Shown here: positions 1-8,659 of the stretch, in pieces
Layout of the letters: each line of letters begins with the position of its first letter
Position numbering within the stretch: the first letter of the stretch is position 1
Virus record (IMG/VR): IMGVR_UViG_3300044712_001062
Coordinates: 1-64,000 of that record
Length of the DNA: 64,000 bases
Direction: 5' to 3' (one strand)
DNA from: a virus
Translations under genes and position numbers: made by a program
Notes under the pieces: model-generated
The model's input: only the letters and a program-made list of their open reading frames with translations
Databases searched by the model: none
What the model was told of the DNA's origin: nothing

Positions 1-110
1 TTGACCAGATCTGGGCGTTGATGGACGACACATTTATATATTGATTAGGCAAATATTAAATAGTAAATGAGGTTAATTCTGATACTAAAACGTTTTAGTA
101 GGTAATTATC

Positions 111-401
111 ATGGGAAAATTAGTACAGGCAGCCACAGAGGCTTTTAACAACTGGAAAGCAACCACCCCAGTTACAATTGATGCATATGACAAGATTTCA
201 GACGAAGATGTCATTAGCAACTACCGCACTGAACAGAAATACCTTATTGGCATTCGTGATGCAACTGAAATCGAAAGTTCATTTTATGCTGCACGAACTG
301 AAGCCCTTCAAGCACTTGAAACCAAACAACTCGCTGAACGTCAAGCCCTTGCAGCACTCTGGCAAGCAAAGGAAGATGCCGATTATGATGTCGATGCTTG
401 A
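111..401 (+). CDS. hypothetical acidic helical protein, first gene of a plus-strand operon
   Basis: 96-aa ORF with AGGT Shine-Dalgarno before the ATG; TTTATATA box at about 33-40. Confidence 0.7.
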   Translation: MGKLVQAATEAFNNWKATTPVTIDAYDKISDEDVISNYRTEQKYLIGIRDATEIESSFYAARTEALQALETKQLAERQALAALWQAKEDADYDVDA

Positions 402-679
402 TGAAGGTAGTTGGACATGATCGCAGATGAGATTTACAACATTTCACTTGAAGATGAAAATGGCAATTAATATGATCGATGAAGGTGCTTACACATGATT
501 GATCAAGGACAGCGAAACTTTTCATTTGATGAAGGTACTTACACATGAATGGTGAAGATTTTGATGGTTAAAGAACGCGAGGGCAATTAAACATGGCTGA
601 AGTAGAAAGTGCATTAGAAAAAGCAAGACGTATTCGACTTGAAAAGTTGGAAGCCTTGAAAAAACTATTGAACAAATAA
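394..679 (+). other. chain of seven coupled micro-ORFs (8, 17, 8, 17, 8, 8, 28 aa)
   Basis: 394-420 MLDEGSWT; 417-470 MIADEIYNISLEDENGN; 472-498 MIDEGAYT; 495-548 MIDQGQRNFSFDEGTYT; 545-571 MNGEDFDG; 564-590 MVKEREGN; 593-679 MAEVESALEKARRIRLEKLEALKKLLNK; ATGA overlaps or 1-2 nt gaps; GATGAAGGT..ACATGA repeated three times. Confidence 0.55.
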
Positions 680-687
680 ACATTACA

Positions 688-773
688 TTTATATAAAGTT
701 ACTAACATATTTGTATGTGCACAAGGGCAAAATAAAAAGGAAAGGAACCTTTCTTTTTCGTTTTGTTTAGAGT
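688..773 (+). ncRNA. dispersed hairpin small-RNA unit, copy 1
   Basis: TTTATATA-11nt-ATATTTGTATGTGC, hairpin GGGCAAAAT AAAAAGGAAAG..CTTTCTTTTT CG TTTTGTTT, then AGAGT. Confidence 0.7.
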
Positions 774-824
774 AGTTTTAAATTGTTGTGCGAACTATTT
801 TGAAAAAAGTAAAGGTTTGATTTA

Positions 825-1586
825 TTAGTATTTTTCATGCTTTGCGAATAACTGTTTTGGAATCTTAAATACTGTGTGATCCCAACTGTAATCGCTGCCA
901 TCGACTTTGAATAAAACCCATCCATTGTCTGGTCGTTGTTGACTTTTCAAACCCATGTGGCCATCAAGACCTTTCCAACATGGCGTGTTAATGGTGATTG
1001 ACGAACTTGAACCACTATATGCGAAATTGTGGGTGTGACTTCTTATGAATATATCTGCATCATCACCCTGTAATTTAAGATTGTTGACGAACTGCTGCTG
1101 TGAGTTATAACGATTTCCTGGATTACCACTATATGAAGCGTGATGCTGGATGTTCATTGTGATGTTTTCAAAATCGGCATCTCCAAACCAACCATACCAT
1201 TCACCGCCCATCATTTCGCAGCAAATTTCATCAGCACTTGGATTATGCCCAGTATGATATCCACTACCTTCAGTAAAGATCCACTCACCCCCGCAATCGA
1301 TCATCTTCAAACATTGTCTGGCGATATCACATTGTACAAGGTAATCACTCACCAAAACATCCTTCCCGCGACCTTTATAATTTAGGCCATCAACGATATC
1401 CCCGTTGCAAATTACAGCATCAACATGCCCAATTTGCTTGCACATCCCTGTCCAATAACTCCATACAAATTCCTGTAATTTAGACTGCTTCAATTCCAGA
1501 TCACGATCTTTATGATAATATCGTGGTGGCAAAAGCCCAAACATCGATCCGCAATGTAAATCTGATATTCCAAGTATTTTCATCAA
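825..1586 (-). CDS. calcineurin-like metallophosphoesterase
   Basis: SDLH, NGDIVDG, HH and SHTH metal-binding motifs. Confidence 0.85.
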   Translation of the reverse strand: MMKILGISDLHCGSMFGLLPPRYYHKDRDLELKQSKLQEFVWSYWTGMCKQIGHVDAVICNGDIVDGLNYKGRGKDVLVSDYLVQCDIARQCLKMIDCGGEWIFTEGSGYHTGHNPSADEICCEMMGGEWYGWFGDADFENITMNIQHHASYSGNPGNRYNSQQQFVNNLKLQGDDADIFIRSHTHNFAYSGSSSSITINTPCWKGLDGHMGLKSQQRPDNGWVLFKVDGSDYSWDHTVFKIPKQLFAKHEKY

Positions 1587-1589
1587 GAT

Positions 1590-1838
1590 TCAAACCTCAA
1601 TCCTATGAACTCTTTTTGGATAAGTCCCACCCAATCGAATTTTCAACTTGGAAGATCCCGTGGGCATTCTAGTGATCGAATCCACACCAATTTTATAAAT
1701 ATCCCTAAAATAATCCAGATGATAAACGATATCACTCTTAACTCCATCCTGGACAATACTAACAGTCGCAGTGGAATCTTCCCCTTCATGTTCATAAACA
1801 TCAATGATATATTGAGTGTGTAATGTCATAATAATCAC
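1590..1838 (-). CDS. hypothetical protein
   Basis: 82-aa ORF coupled to both neighbours. Confidence 0.55.
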   Translation of the reverse strand: MIIMTLHTQYIIDVYEHEGEDSTATVSIVQDGVKSDIVYHLDYFRDIYKIGVDSITRMPTGSSKLKIRLGGTYPKRVHRIEV

Positions 1839-2182
1839 ACTATCTCATCATCAACAATCCACAACCACTGGGTTGCGTATTCTGGATATGTTGCGATATT
1901 TCCACCAGCGGTAACAACCTTAAACATCATGCGATACATACCGCTTTCATCGCTCTCACCAGCACCCCACCAATACTCAACAACACCAGTTCCAGCATCT
2001 ACTATGGAACATGGTTGATCATAGATTGTAGGGGTCGTCTCGCCATCCTTAACCATCGTGAACAAAACAGTCTGACCGGTCAAATCGTGGTCAACATTAC
2101 CTTGAGTATCAATATTCCAGTCCATAATTTGATAACTCAACGGAACCGTGTCACCCTTCTTAAATCGCATCGTATAAGTCAT
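1835..2182 (-). CDS. BppU N-terminal-like baseplate/virion protein
   Basis: KKGDT..DLTGQTVLFTM..GVVEY.W...D.SGMY..F.V...TYP pattern; start moved to MTYTM, just downstream of a TATA box. Confidence 0.7.
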   Translation of the reverse strand: MTYTMRFKKGDTVPLSYQIMDWNIDTQGNVDHDLTGQTVLFTMVKDGETTPTIYDQPCSIVDAGTGVVEYWWGAGESDESGMYRMMFKVVTAGGNIATYPEYATQWLWIVDDEIV

Positions 2183-2281
2183 TATATAATAATGAGCGAA
2201 TGAAATATATAAAGTTAACCCCCATGCAATAATGAAAATTGACTGCTGCAAAATAGATTACAAGAAACAACAATGAAAATC

Positions 2282-2365
2282 ACTCTAAACAAAATGAAAG
2301 GAAAAAGGTTTCCCTTTTATCTTGTCCTTTGGGCACATACAAATATATTTTATCCACATATAAAA
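2282..2365 (-). ncRNA. dispersed hairpin small-RNA unit, copy 2
   Basis: minus strand: TTTTATAT-11nt-ATATTTGTATGTGC, hairpin GGACAAGAT..ATTTTGTTT, then AGAGT. Confidence 0.7.
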
Positions 2366-2385
2366 CTAATGTGGGAATATACCAT

Positions 2386-2886
2386 TTACTTTTTCTTACT
2401 TTTAATCAATAACATGTCTACTCTATTGGCCATTTCACGCGCATGAGAACTCATATATTTGTAATCTCTTGCTCTATGCATATACCGAGTGTAATTGAAA
2501 TTTGGATCAAAGTCTAATAATTCTTGGGCTTTCTCGGGATGTAATTGTTGAAATTTAGACCACTCATAGGCGCATTCCTTACCATACTTCAATATTGCTT
2601 TCAATTTTTGATCCCAAGTTTGGAATTGCGATTGTTTTTGAGAAGCTTCCTGGATAGATTTATTTAGTTTTTCTAACCCATGCTTGATGATCATTTTGTC
2701 CAATAACAATTTTTCATTTTCATCAAGATTTAATTCAATAGCAATATTTTTTACATAGGCATTTTTGATCATTTGCCTATTAGTGATGTTTAGATAATTT
2801 CTTAATAGTTTGTCAACTACTTGTTTGGGATCAAGTTGTTTATCTTTTAAGAGTTTCCCAAATTCAGGGCGAATATCAATTTTCAT
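2386..2886 (-). CDS. hypothetical basic protein, possible ribbon-helix-helix-like N-terminus
   Basis: 166-aa ORF; N-terminal strand followed by QVVDKLLRNYL helix. Confidence 0.6.
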   Translation of the reverse strand: MKIDIRPEFGKLLKDKQLDPKQVVDKLLRNYLNITNRQMIKNAYVKNIAIELNLDENEKLLLDKMIIKHGLEKLNKSIQEASQKQSQFQTWDQKLKAILKYGKECAYEWSKFQQLHPEKAQELLDFDPNFNYTRYMHRARDYKYMSSHAREMANRVDMLLIKSKKK

Positions 2887-2935
2887 GATCGGTGATTATT
2901 TTTCAAAATTGAAAGTTTCAAAAGTAATTTTTTTT

Positions 2936-4138
2936 TTATTCGTCAAGGAATATGTCGTTTCCTCGAATTGTAATCATTCCATATCTTTTCATTTCTTCAA
3001 GTTTATCATAGAGTGATTGTGCGGACATCTGAACTTGGAAACATACCGTATTAAGATAATTTCTTGTTATCATTATACGACCATCATCTGTGGTAGTTCC
3101 ATAAACCCTAATCAAATTAATTACTTGTTTAAGATCTGGGCCGGTAATGATATCCCTACGCCATTCGAATTGCTTATTTAATATGTCCATTAACCCTTTG
3201 TCTTGAACATCAAGCATTATACTAGTATCTGCACCATATTTTGCCAAATGCCAACCAAGGATCAGTTTGGCGTATGATGAAATTTCATAAGGTTCAATAT
3301 CAAATTTTTCATAAAGGTGGAATACTGATTCATCATAATCGATATTTTCAATAGAATTAAAACTTGTTGTCCACGTCTTAATGGCATCTTTCATCTCGTG
3401 GATTTGCTTAACGTCGGGTCGTTTATTTCGAGAATCCCAGACAGCCCTACGTAAATCACTTTTCAATTTGGCATCTGGTAAATTCAATAAAAAGCAAATA
3501 CGACGACCCATACCACTGCCCAATTCATATTTTGCAGGCTGAACACCGCCCCACAAAGTACAATATGTTTGATATTCTATATCTCCACCAGCAACAGATT
3601 TGCGAACTTCTCCATGATCAAGGGCTGCCAATAATTGAGACTCCATCTGGCTATTAAATGATTGGCCCATTGCATCAGTAATTCCTTTGAATTCATCCAT
3701 CATCAAAAAGCCTTGGCCATGTGTTTCGAATTTACCTTCTCTTTTTACATAATTACCATGGCTTGGTGTATAAGTTCCAACTAATGATGCTTCATTGACA
3801 TTTTGACACTGAATCATTTCATAATTACAATTGCCGAATATAGAATAGTCATCCATTCCCATATTTTTCAAGTAATATGATTTCATGTATCCAGGAGGAG
3901 CCACAAATATAATATGTAATCGCATATTTGGAATTGCATAAGACTCCCAATAGACCTTTCGGCCTTGATTCATGACATTAAAAGCGTGTATTGCATAGGA
4001 GCAAACATATGGCGGGGCATAAGTTTCATAGGATAAAGTCCCTCTCTGTTCCAGATTATCTAATATCATCTGCATTACATCTGGATTATTGGACACTTTA
4101 CTCATTAAGAAACTCCAACTATACGTTTGACTTATCAT
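2936..4138 (-). CDS. MCM-like AAA+ helicase (ATPase domain plus probable winged helix)
   Basis: HIIFVAPPGYMKS Walker A, ASLVG, FLMMDEF Walker B, LLAALDHG, GRRICF arginine-finger region; start moved to MISQT. Confidence 0.75.
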   Translation of the reverse strand: MISQTYSWSFLMSKVSNNPDVMQMILDNLEQRGTLSYETYAPPYVCSYAIHAFNVMNQGRKVYWESYAIPNMRLHIIFVAPPGYMKSYYLKNMGMDDYSIFGNCNYEMIQCQNVNEASLVGTYTPSHGNYVKREGKFETHGQGFLMMDEFKGITDAMGQSFNSQMESQLLAALDHGEVRKSVAGGDIEYQTYCTLWGGVQPAKYELGSGMGRRICFLLNLPDAKLKSDLRRAVWDSRNKRPDVKQIHEMKDAIKTWTTSFNSIENIDYDESVFHLYEKFDIEPYEISSYAKLILGWHLAKYGADTSIMLDVQDKGLMDILNKQFEWRRDIITGPDLKQVINLIRVYGTTTDDGRIMITRNYLNTVCFQVQMSAQSLYDKLEEMKRYGMITIRGNDIFLDE

Positions 4139-4214
4139 TATATAAAATATGCGGTTATAATTCTCCAAGTAGTTATATACAAATTTGATATAAAGTAAAT
4201 GAAATTTGCATATA

Positions 4215-4559
4215 ATGAATGTATTAATGATTGCAGGACCACCAACATTTACAGATCGTGAAGTCATAGCCGATAACCTAATAGATGCCATGTTATGGGC
4301 AAATCCCTCACAAATAATTACCAGTGATCAGTTAGGTGTTGATGAAATCATAACACAATTAGTCACATCATATACTAATATAAAATTTTCAAAATACTAC
4401 ATATATAAGGATAAATTTGGAAAATCGGCATTACCAATCGCATTATTTGAAATGACCGCAAAAGCCACTCACATATTAATCTTTGATGATAATAAAATGA
4501 CTGACGTTGAATATTTCGCCAATAGAAATGGCTTGATGATTATGAAAGTTAAAGTATAA
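4215..4559 (+). CDS. SLOG-superfamily (YspA/DUF2493-like) protein
   Basis: MIAGP.TFTD.E, IITSD..GVD, KFGKSA, ATHILIFD pattern. Confidence 0.6.
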   Translation: MNVLMIAGPPTFTDREVIADNLIDAMLWANPSQIITSDQLGVDEIITQLVTSYTNIKFSKYYIYKDKFGKSALPIALFEMTAKATHILIFDDNKMTDVEYFANRNGLMIMKVKV

Positions 4560-4587
4560 AACAGTTATCATTTTCTAAATGGTTAAA

Positions 4588-4695
4588 TGAGGGAGCAAAA
4601 CCCAAATAACCAATACTGAACTAGTTGAGAGTATCCCTGGTCAGCGAGGAAATCAATCCTCGAAATCGACAGGTTAAGCACACAACACGCCCGTC
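4588..4695 (-). ncRNA. putative about 108-nt structured RNA with a multi-stem junction
   Basis: GC-rich intergenic segment; stems GGGCG/TGCTC, TAACC/GGTTA, CGAGGA/TCCTCG, GATACT/AGTATT; TTTTATAT box at 4719-4726. Confidence 0.5.
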
Positions 4696-4744
4696 AAAAT
4701 AATATAAAATTTACCAACATATAAAAGAGATGTAACAAAATGTT

Positions 4745-4842
4745 GCGAGGGGGTAGAGATCGTGATTATAGCCCCTCATGTGATGTAATGTCATTATTAG
4801 TTTTAATTCGGGAATAATGAAACTAATTTGTGATCTCTACAC
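4745..4842 (-). ncRNA. putative pseudoknotted RNA of about 100 nt
   Basis: GTAGAGATC/GATCTCTAC (9 bp) crossed by GAGGGG/CCCCTC; ATTAGTTT/AAACTAAT stem; TTTATATA at 4863-4870. Confidence 0.5.
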
Positions 4843-4908
4843 AATAATATATGCTTTTATGTTATATAAATTTTGTCATATTAATGTATGAAAAACTTAA
4901 ACGATCTC

Positions 4909-5595
4909 CTATAGCCAGTCGTTGGATTTTCCAATTAGGATATTTTTAATATTTCGTTCCTTGACTTTACCAATGCCTTGGACTTTAGTTAGATCAGCAA
5001 CATTCGCAATATACGTGAGATCAGTTCCATACATCTTGCGGATATTTGACCATTGAATCATAGTGATGTTTAAAAACCTGGAAATTAATGCATCTAAATT
5101 TCTTTGGGCGACAATATCCAAATTGCCTTCGCAAATTTTCATTCCAACTTTAATGGATCTTTTAACGCCATTGAGGTGATCATTATCTACTAAAACTCTA
5201 ATATTGTAGCGAACCATCACACTGGCAATTATAGAATCGAAAATTTCAGGTTTAATATCAACATGTTTAACTCTTTTCATATAATTACAATATTCAGTTA
5301 TATCACCTGAAACCAATAATATTACCACACTATCAGTTTGATGAGTAGTGAGCCTTGCACATTGCGAGGGAAATCTAGGTTTTTTACCTTTACTGCCCAT
5401 CACTGATCCATATAAATCAGCAACGGTCTTGCGTTCAACCAATACTTTCATTGACCCCTCATTCTCACAGTGGATCAATATATCTCCTTCTTTTAAGGCA
5501 ACTTCCTTGAATTTTATATTTGGAAATTCCTTGATAATTTTCTTCCTGAAGTCTGCTGGTTCACGAGTATCCAATATGACTTCCATGGAAATCAC
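4909..5595 (-). CDS. ERCC4 (XPF/Mus81/Hef-like) structure-specific nuclease with C-terminal HhH
   Basis: ILDTRE, GD..VERKT..DL catalytic motif; VQGIGK HhH motif. Confidence 0.9.
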   Translation of the reverse strand: MISMEVILDTREPADFRKKIIKEFPNIKFKEVALKEGDILIHCENEGSMKVLVERKTVADLYGSVMGSKGKKPRFPSQCARLTTHQTDSVVILLVSGDITEYCNYMKRVKHVDIKPEIFDSIIASVMVRYNIRVLVDNDHLNGVKRSIKVGMKICEGNLDIVAQRNLDALISRFLNITMIQWSNIRKMYGTDLTYIANVADLTKVQGIGKVKERNIKNILIGKSNDWL

Positions 5596-5888
5596 ACCGT
5601 TGTTTCGTTAATAACTCTTCTCAATATTGCCACTCTATTCCAATCGTCCATCCAAGTTGTCCAATAACCATTAGAACGCATCCAAGTGAACCACTTATGA
5701 ACAACTTCTGGAAGTGGATCATCAGGGCTAATAATCAAATCTCCTTTTGGCATATATTTAATGAATTTGCCATTTTCAAAATAGCCATTGATTGAGACAA
5801 AATCATTAACTGGCATATAAAAAGAACGATGAGTTTTAGGATTATTCAACTCACCTGCAAAAATATGAGCAATATAAATATCATCCAT
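5592..5888 (-). CDS. hypothetical protein
   Basis: 98-aa ORF overlapping the nuclease start. Confidence 0.6.
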   Translation of the reverse strand: MDDIYIAHIFAGELNNPKTHRSFYMPVNDFVSINGYFENGKFIKYMPKGDLIISPDDPLPEVVHKWFTWMRSNGYWTTWMDDWNRVAILRRVINETTV

Positions 5889-5914
5889 TATATATAAGTG
5901 GATGGATGTATTAT

Positions 5915-6376
5915 TTAAAGATTTCGATTAAGTTCACTAATATAAGATAAGTATAATTCATTGGGATCCCAAACAACACTACTGGTAATGACTTTGGAAA
6001 TTCCCGCATTAATCATTAATTTAGTGCATAGGAAACATGGCTTTGGAATTATTTCTCTTTGCAATTCAATATCATACCCATATAAATATAATATACAGTT
6101 TCTCGCTCTTGAGCCAGCCTGTAACAAAGCATTCATCTCGCCGTGAATTGAGAAACAAGCCTCATACTGCTTTCCTTGTGGTATGTTCAATTGTTGTCGA
6201 ATACAATTATTCAATTCATTACAATGTTGCATACCTTTTGGATTACCATTGAACCCACCTGAAATTTGATGACGTGTAATTGGATCAACAATCACCGCGC
6301 CATATTTTCTCCTAATACAAGTAGACTGCCTTGCATACTCTTCGGCAATGCCTAAAAAAAGTTGAAGATCGTTCAT
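5915..6376 (-). CDS. dCMP deaminase
   Basis: STC.RRKYGAVIV, GFNG.P.G..HC, HGEMNAL, PCFLC. Confidence 0.92.
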   Translation of the reverse strand: MNDLQLFLGIAEEYARQSTCIRRKYGAVIVDPITRHQISGGFNGNPKGMQHCNELNNCIRQQLNIPQGKQYEACFSIHGEMNALLQAGSRARNCILYLYGYDIELQREIIPKPCFLCTKLMINAGISKVITSSVVWDPNELYLSYISELNRNL

Positions 6377-6429
6377 TGGAAATAATATAATACTTGAAAA
6401 TATAAAAAGTAGATGATCAAAAAAATTAA

Positions 6430-6960
6430 TTATTCGATTTGCTCATCAATCCAATCATAAATCTTAAATCGATCAACTTGTTCATCATTAAAGTCAACAG
6501 GCTTCTTAAGCATATCAGCATTCCAATTTTCATTACCTGGAATATAACTGGGATGGAATTGCAATGGCCAATATGATGAACTGTTAATATTGACGCCCAT
6601 CAATCGATTATAGAAGCACAACTTCCTATGCCACCATGGATCAGTTGCAATTTTATACATGAACCACATCATGAGATTGGTAAACGCCAAGACATTTTTA
6701 TCATTAGGATCTTGTCCATTGGAATATCTCGTCATCCCAATAACATCCCTAATCAAAAATAAATCAACTGACTGATAATACTTTTCATATTTTTCACGAG
6801 ACCAGGTGCACGCATCCAATTCCTGTAGAATCTGATCACTAATTTGTATGCGTGATAAAATGTCAACCACGGGATCTTCTGGCATTTGTGGTATGGTATC
6901 TTGCATTGCAGGCTCACCACTTGGTTTTGGCCCTGTTACATTTGACGGTTCATTATCCAT
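6430..6960 (-). CDS. hypothetical protein
   Basis: 176-aa ORF, GAGGT Shine-Dalgarno. Confidence 0.7.
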   Translation of the reverse strand: MDNEPSNVTGPKPSGEPAMQDTIPQMPEDPVVDILSRIQISDQILQELDACTWSREKYEKYYQSVDLFLIRDVIGMTRYSNGQDPNDKNVLAFTNLMMWFMYKIATDPWWHRKLCFYNRLMGVNINSSSYWPLQFHPSYIPGNENWNADMLKKPVDFNDEQVDRFKIYDWIDEQIE

Positions 6961-6995
6961 ATAAAATTACCTCTAAAAATTTTAAAATTTTAAAA

Positions 6996-7679
6996 TTAAA
7001 AATTTCCTTTGAACATTGCATTTGCGAATTTTCCGCGATATGCTGGAAACCACATGCGAGGATCATATGATTCATCAAATTGCCAACTATTAGCATTAGC
7101 AGTAATAAATATTAGTGCCATATTGATTGATCTGCGCATGAACATATCAGTTTTATATTTCCTAATAACATACCTGAATACCCAATCAATCCAGAAATGC
7201 GTGCGTTTCCTCTTATCATTTTCATACCACCAACGACGAACCCCCTCAATGAGATTGCTATGCTCTTGATCTATGGCAGTAATTTTTTGAAATCTATCAC
7301 GATTATTGACAACGAATTGTATAACTCCACCCATTCGTTCAAAATACGCACTATCATTACGAAAAACAGCCAATGTGAATTGCGCTAATCTCATGAATCG
7401 ATTATTAATTTTATCTTTATCTTCACGAGTCATATTTGCTGGATGATAACCATCACAAACTTTAAAGTAATTGGCCATTAGAGCATTAACAAATTCTTCA
7501 TTCAGGATCTGTCCATTATCGCCTGCTTCATGTCTTGCCAATCGTTCATCAAATGGTAAATTGTCCAACAAACTTTCATCATTACCATCACTATCAATGA
7601 AGCGCCGTAACATGTCCTTCGTGGTGATGTGAAAGTCATAGGCTTCTTTCTTTACCCACCTACCATCAGATAACTTCAA
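6996..7679 (-). CDS. hypothetical protein, possibly a distant paralog of 6430-6960
   Basis: 227-aa ORF with GGTGA SD and TTG start; aromatic-rich K.TD..N.NS..P C-terminal segment resembles the neighbour. Confidence 0.65.
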   Translation of the reverse strand: MKLSDGRWVKKEAYDFHITTKDMLRRFIDSDGNDESLLDNLPFDERLARHEAGDNGQILNEEFVNALMANYFKVCDGYHPANMTREDKDKINNRFMRLAQFTLAVFRNDSAYFERMGGVIQFVVNNRDRFQKITAIDQEHSNLIEGVRRWWYENDKRKRTHFWIDWVFRYVIRKYKTDMFMRRSINMALIFITANANSWQFDESYDPRMWFPAYRGKFANAMFKGNF

Positions 7680-7782
7680 ATATATTTCACCACTTATATA
7701 TTAATGTGGAAGTATTTAAAGGTAATGGTATAGTTTATATAATAAAAAATGTTAAGTTAAAAAAATAGAAATAGTTCAATGA

Positions 7783-8070
7783 TCATTCAATGTTATACTT
7801 ATCCATTGTTCTTCGTAATTTAAAGTCCATGGACATTTCAACATCATAAGGATCGATATTGTAAATTTCCTTAATTTGATTCATGATAAGCATTACATCG
7901 CTAAATTCCTCAACTATTTCATGATCAGTTTTAGTAATGCCATTTTCATAATTTAATATTGCTTTGTAGAGTTCGCCAACTTCTTCTCCTAATTTCATAA
8001 ACTGTTGATATTTTCCAAAGTGCTCAACAATCTTGGTAAGATCAGTTCTCATTAACATATTGTTATCCAT
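7783..8070 (-). CDS. MazG-like NTP pyrophosphohydrolase
   Basis: KLGEEVGEL and EEFSDV motifs. Confidence 0.85.
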   Translation of the reverse strand: MDNNMLMRTDLTKIVEHFGKYQQFMKLGEEVGELYKAILNYENGITKTDHEIVEEFSDVMLIMNQIKEIYNIDPYDVEMSMDFKLRRTMDKYNIE

Positions 8071-8284
8071 TAAATTTCAAAATATATAAGTTCAGTAGTC
8101 TCGTAAATTTTTATCAATTAGATCTCGAATAATCAGTTCGATTTGAACATCATTTCGTTCAGAAACTCTCTTGGCATGATCATACAAACGAAAGAGATCA
8201 TCACGGTATTCATCACCATGGTAATGATAGAGTGCCATAGTGATAATGTATATAAACTAATATATAAAAGTAATGTTATTGAAG

Positions 8285-8653
8285 TTACAATAGTCCAAAT
8301 ATCTTGGCAATTACAAAACCAACTGCAGTGAGAATTCCAATGATAGCCCCACCCAATTTAGTCCCCTCGGTTTTACCTTCACTAACACCTTCAGCCTTAA
8401 TAGTAGCAATGTCTACTCGTTGTTCATTATCATTGCATAACATCTTTTCGATCAATTGAGTTTTCATTTCGCTTTGAGCAATATGAACTTCATGAATTTC
8501 ACGACGAACTTCTTGTAATTCCTGGCGATCAATCTTACGATCTTCGTTTTGTAAATCGTAATTTTTATCTATTTTCTTGTCTAAATTTTTAATTAACTCA
8601 AGAATCAATGCACGCCATTCAGCAGGTGATATACTATCTGGATTGTCAGTCAT
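8285..8653 (-). CDS. coiled-coil protein with C-terminal membrane anchor (holin/XhlA-like architecture)
   Basis: heptad coiled coil followed by LGGAIIGILTAVGFVIAKIFGLL. Confidence 0.6.
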   Translation of the reverse strand: MTDNPDSISPAEWRALILELIKNLDKKIDKNYDLQNEDRKIDRQELQEVRREIHEVHIAQSEMKTQLIEKMLCNDNEQRVDIATIKAEGVSEGKTEGTKLGGAIIGILTAVGFVIAKIFGLL

Positions 8654-8659
8654 TTTATT

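Noticed and set aside
707-773. Dispersed units as leaderless peptide genes starting at the conserved ATGTGC
   Set aside because: Reading frames are not conserved: copy 1 stops after 6 codons, copy 2 after 17, and the others reach TTTAGAGT in different frames, while base pairing is kept.
4745-4842. HDV-like/theta ribozyme on the plus strand
   Set aside because: The helix order is superficially similar, but I cannot form P3, L3 or P1.1.
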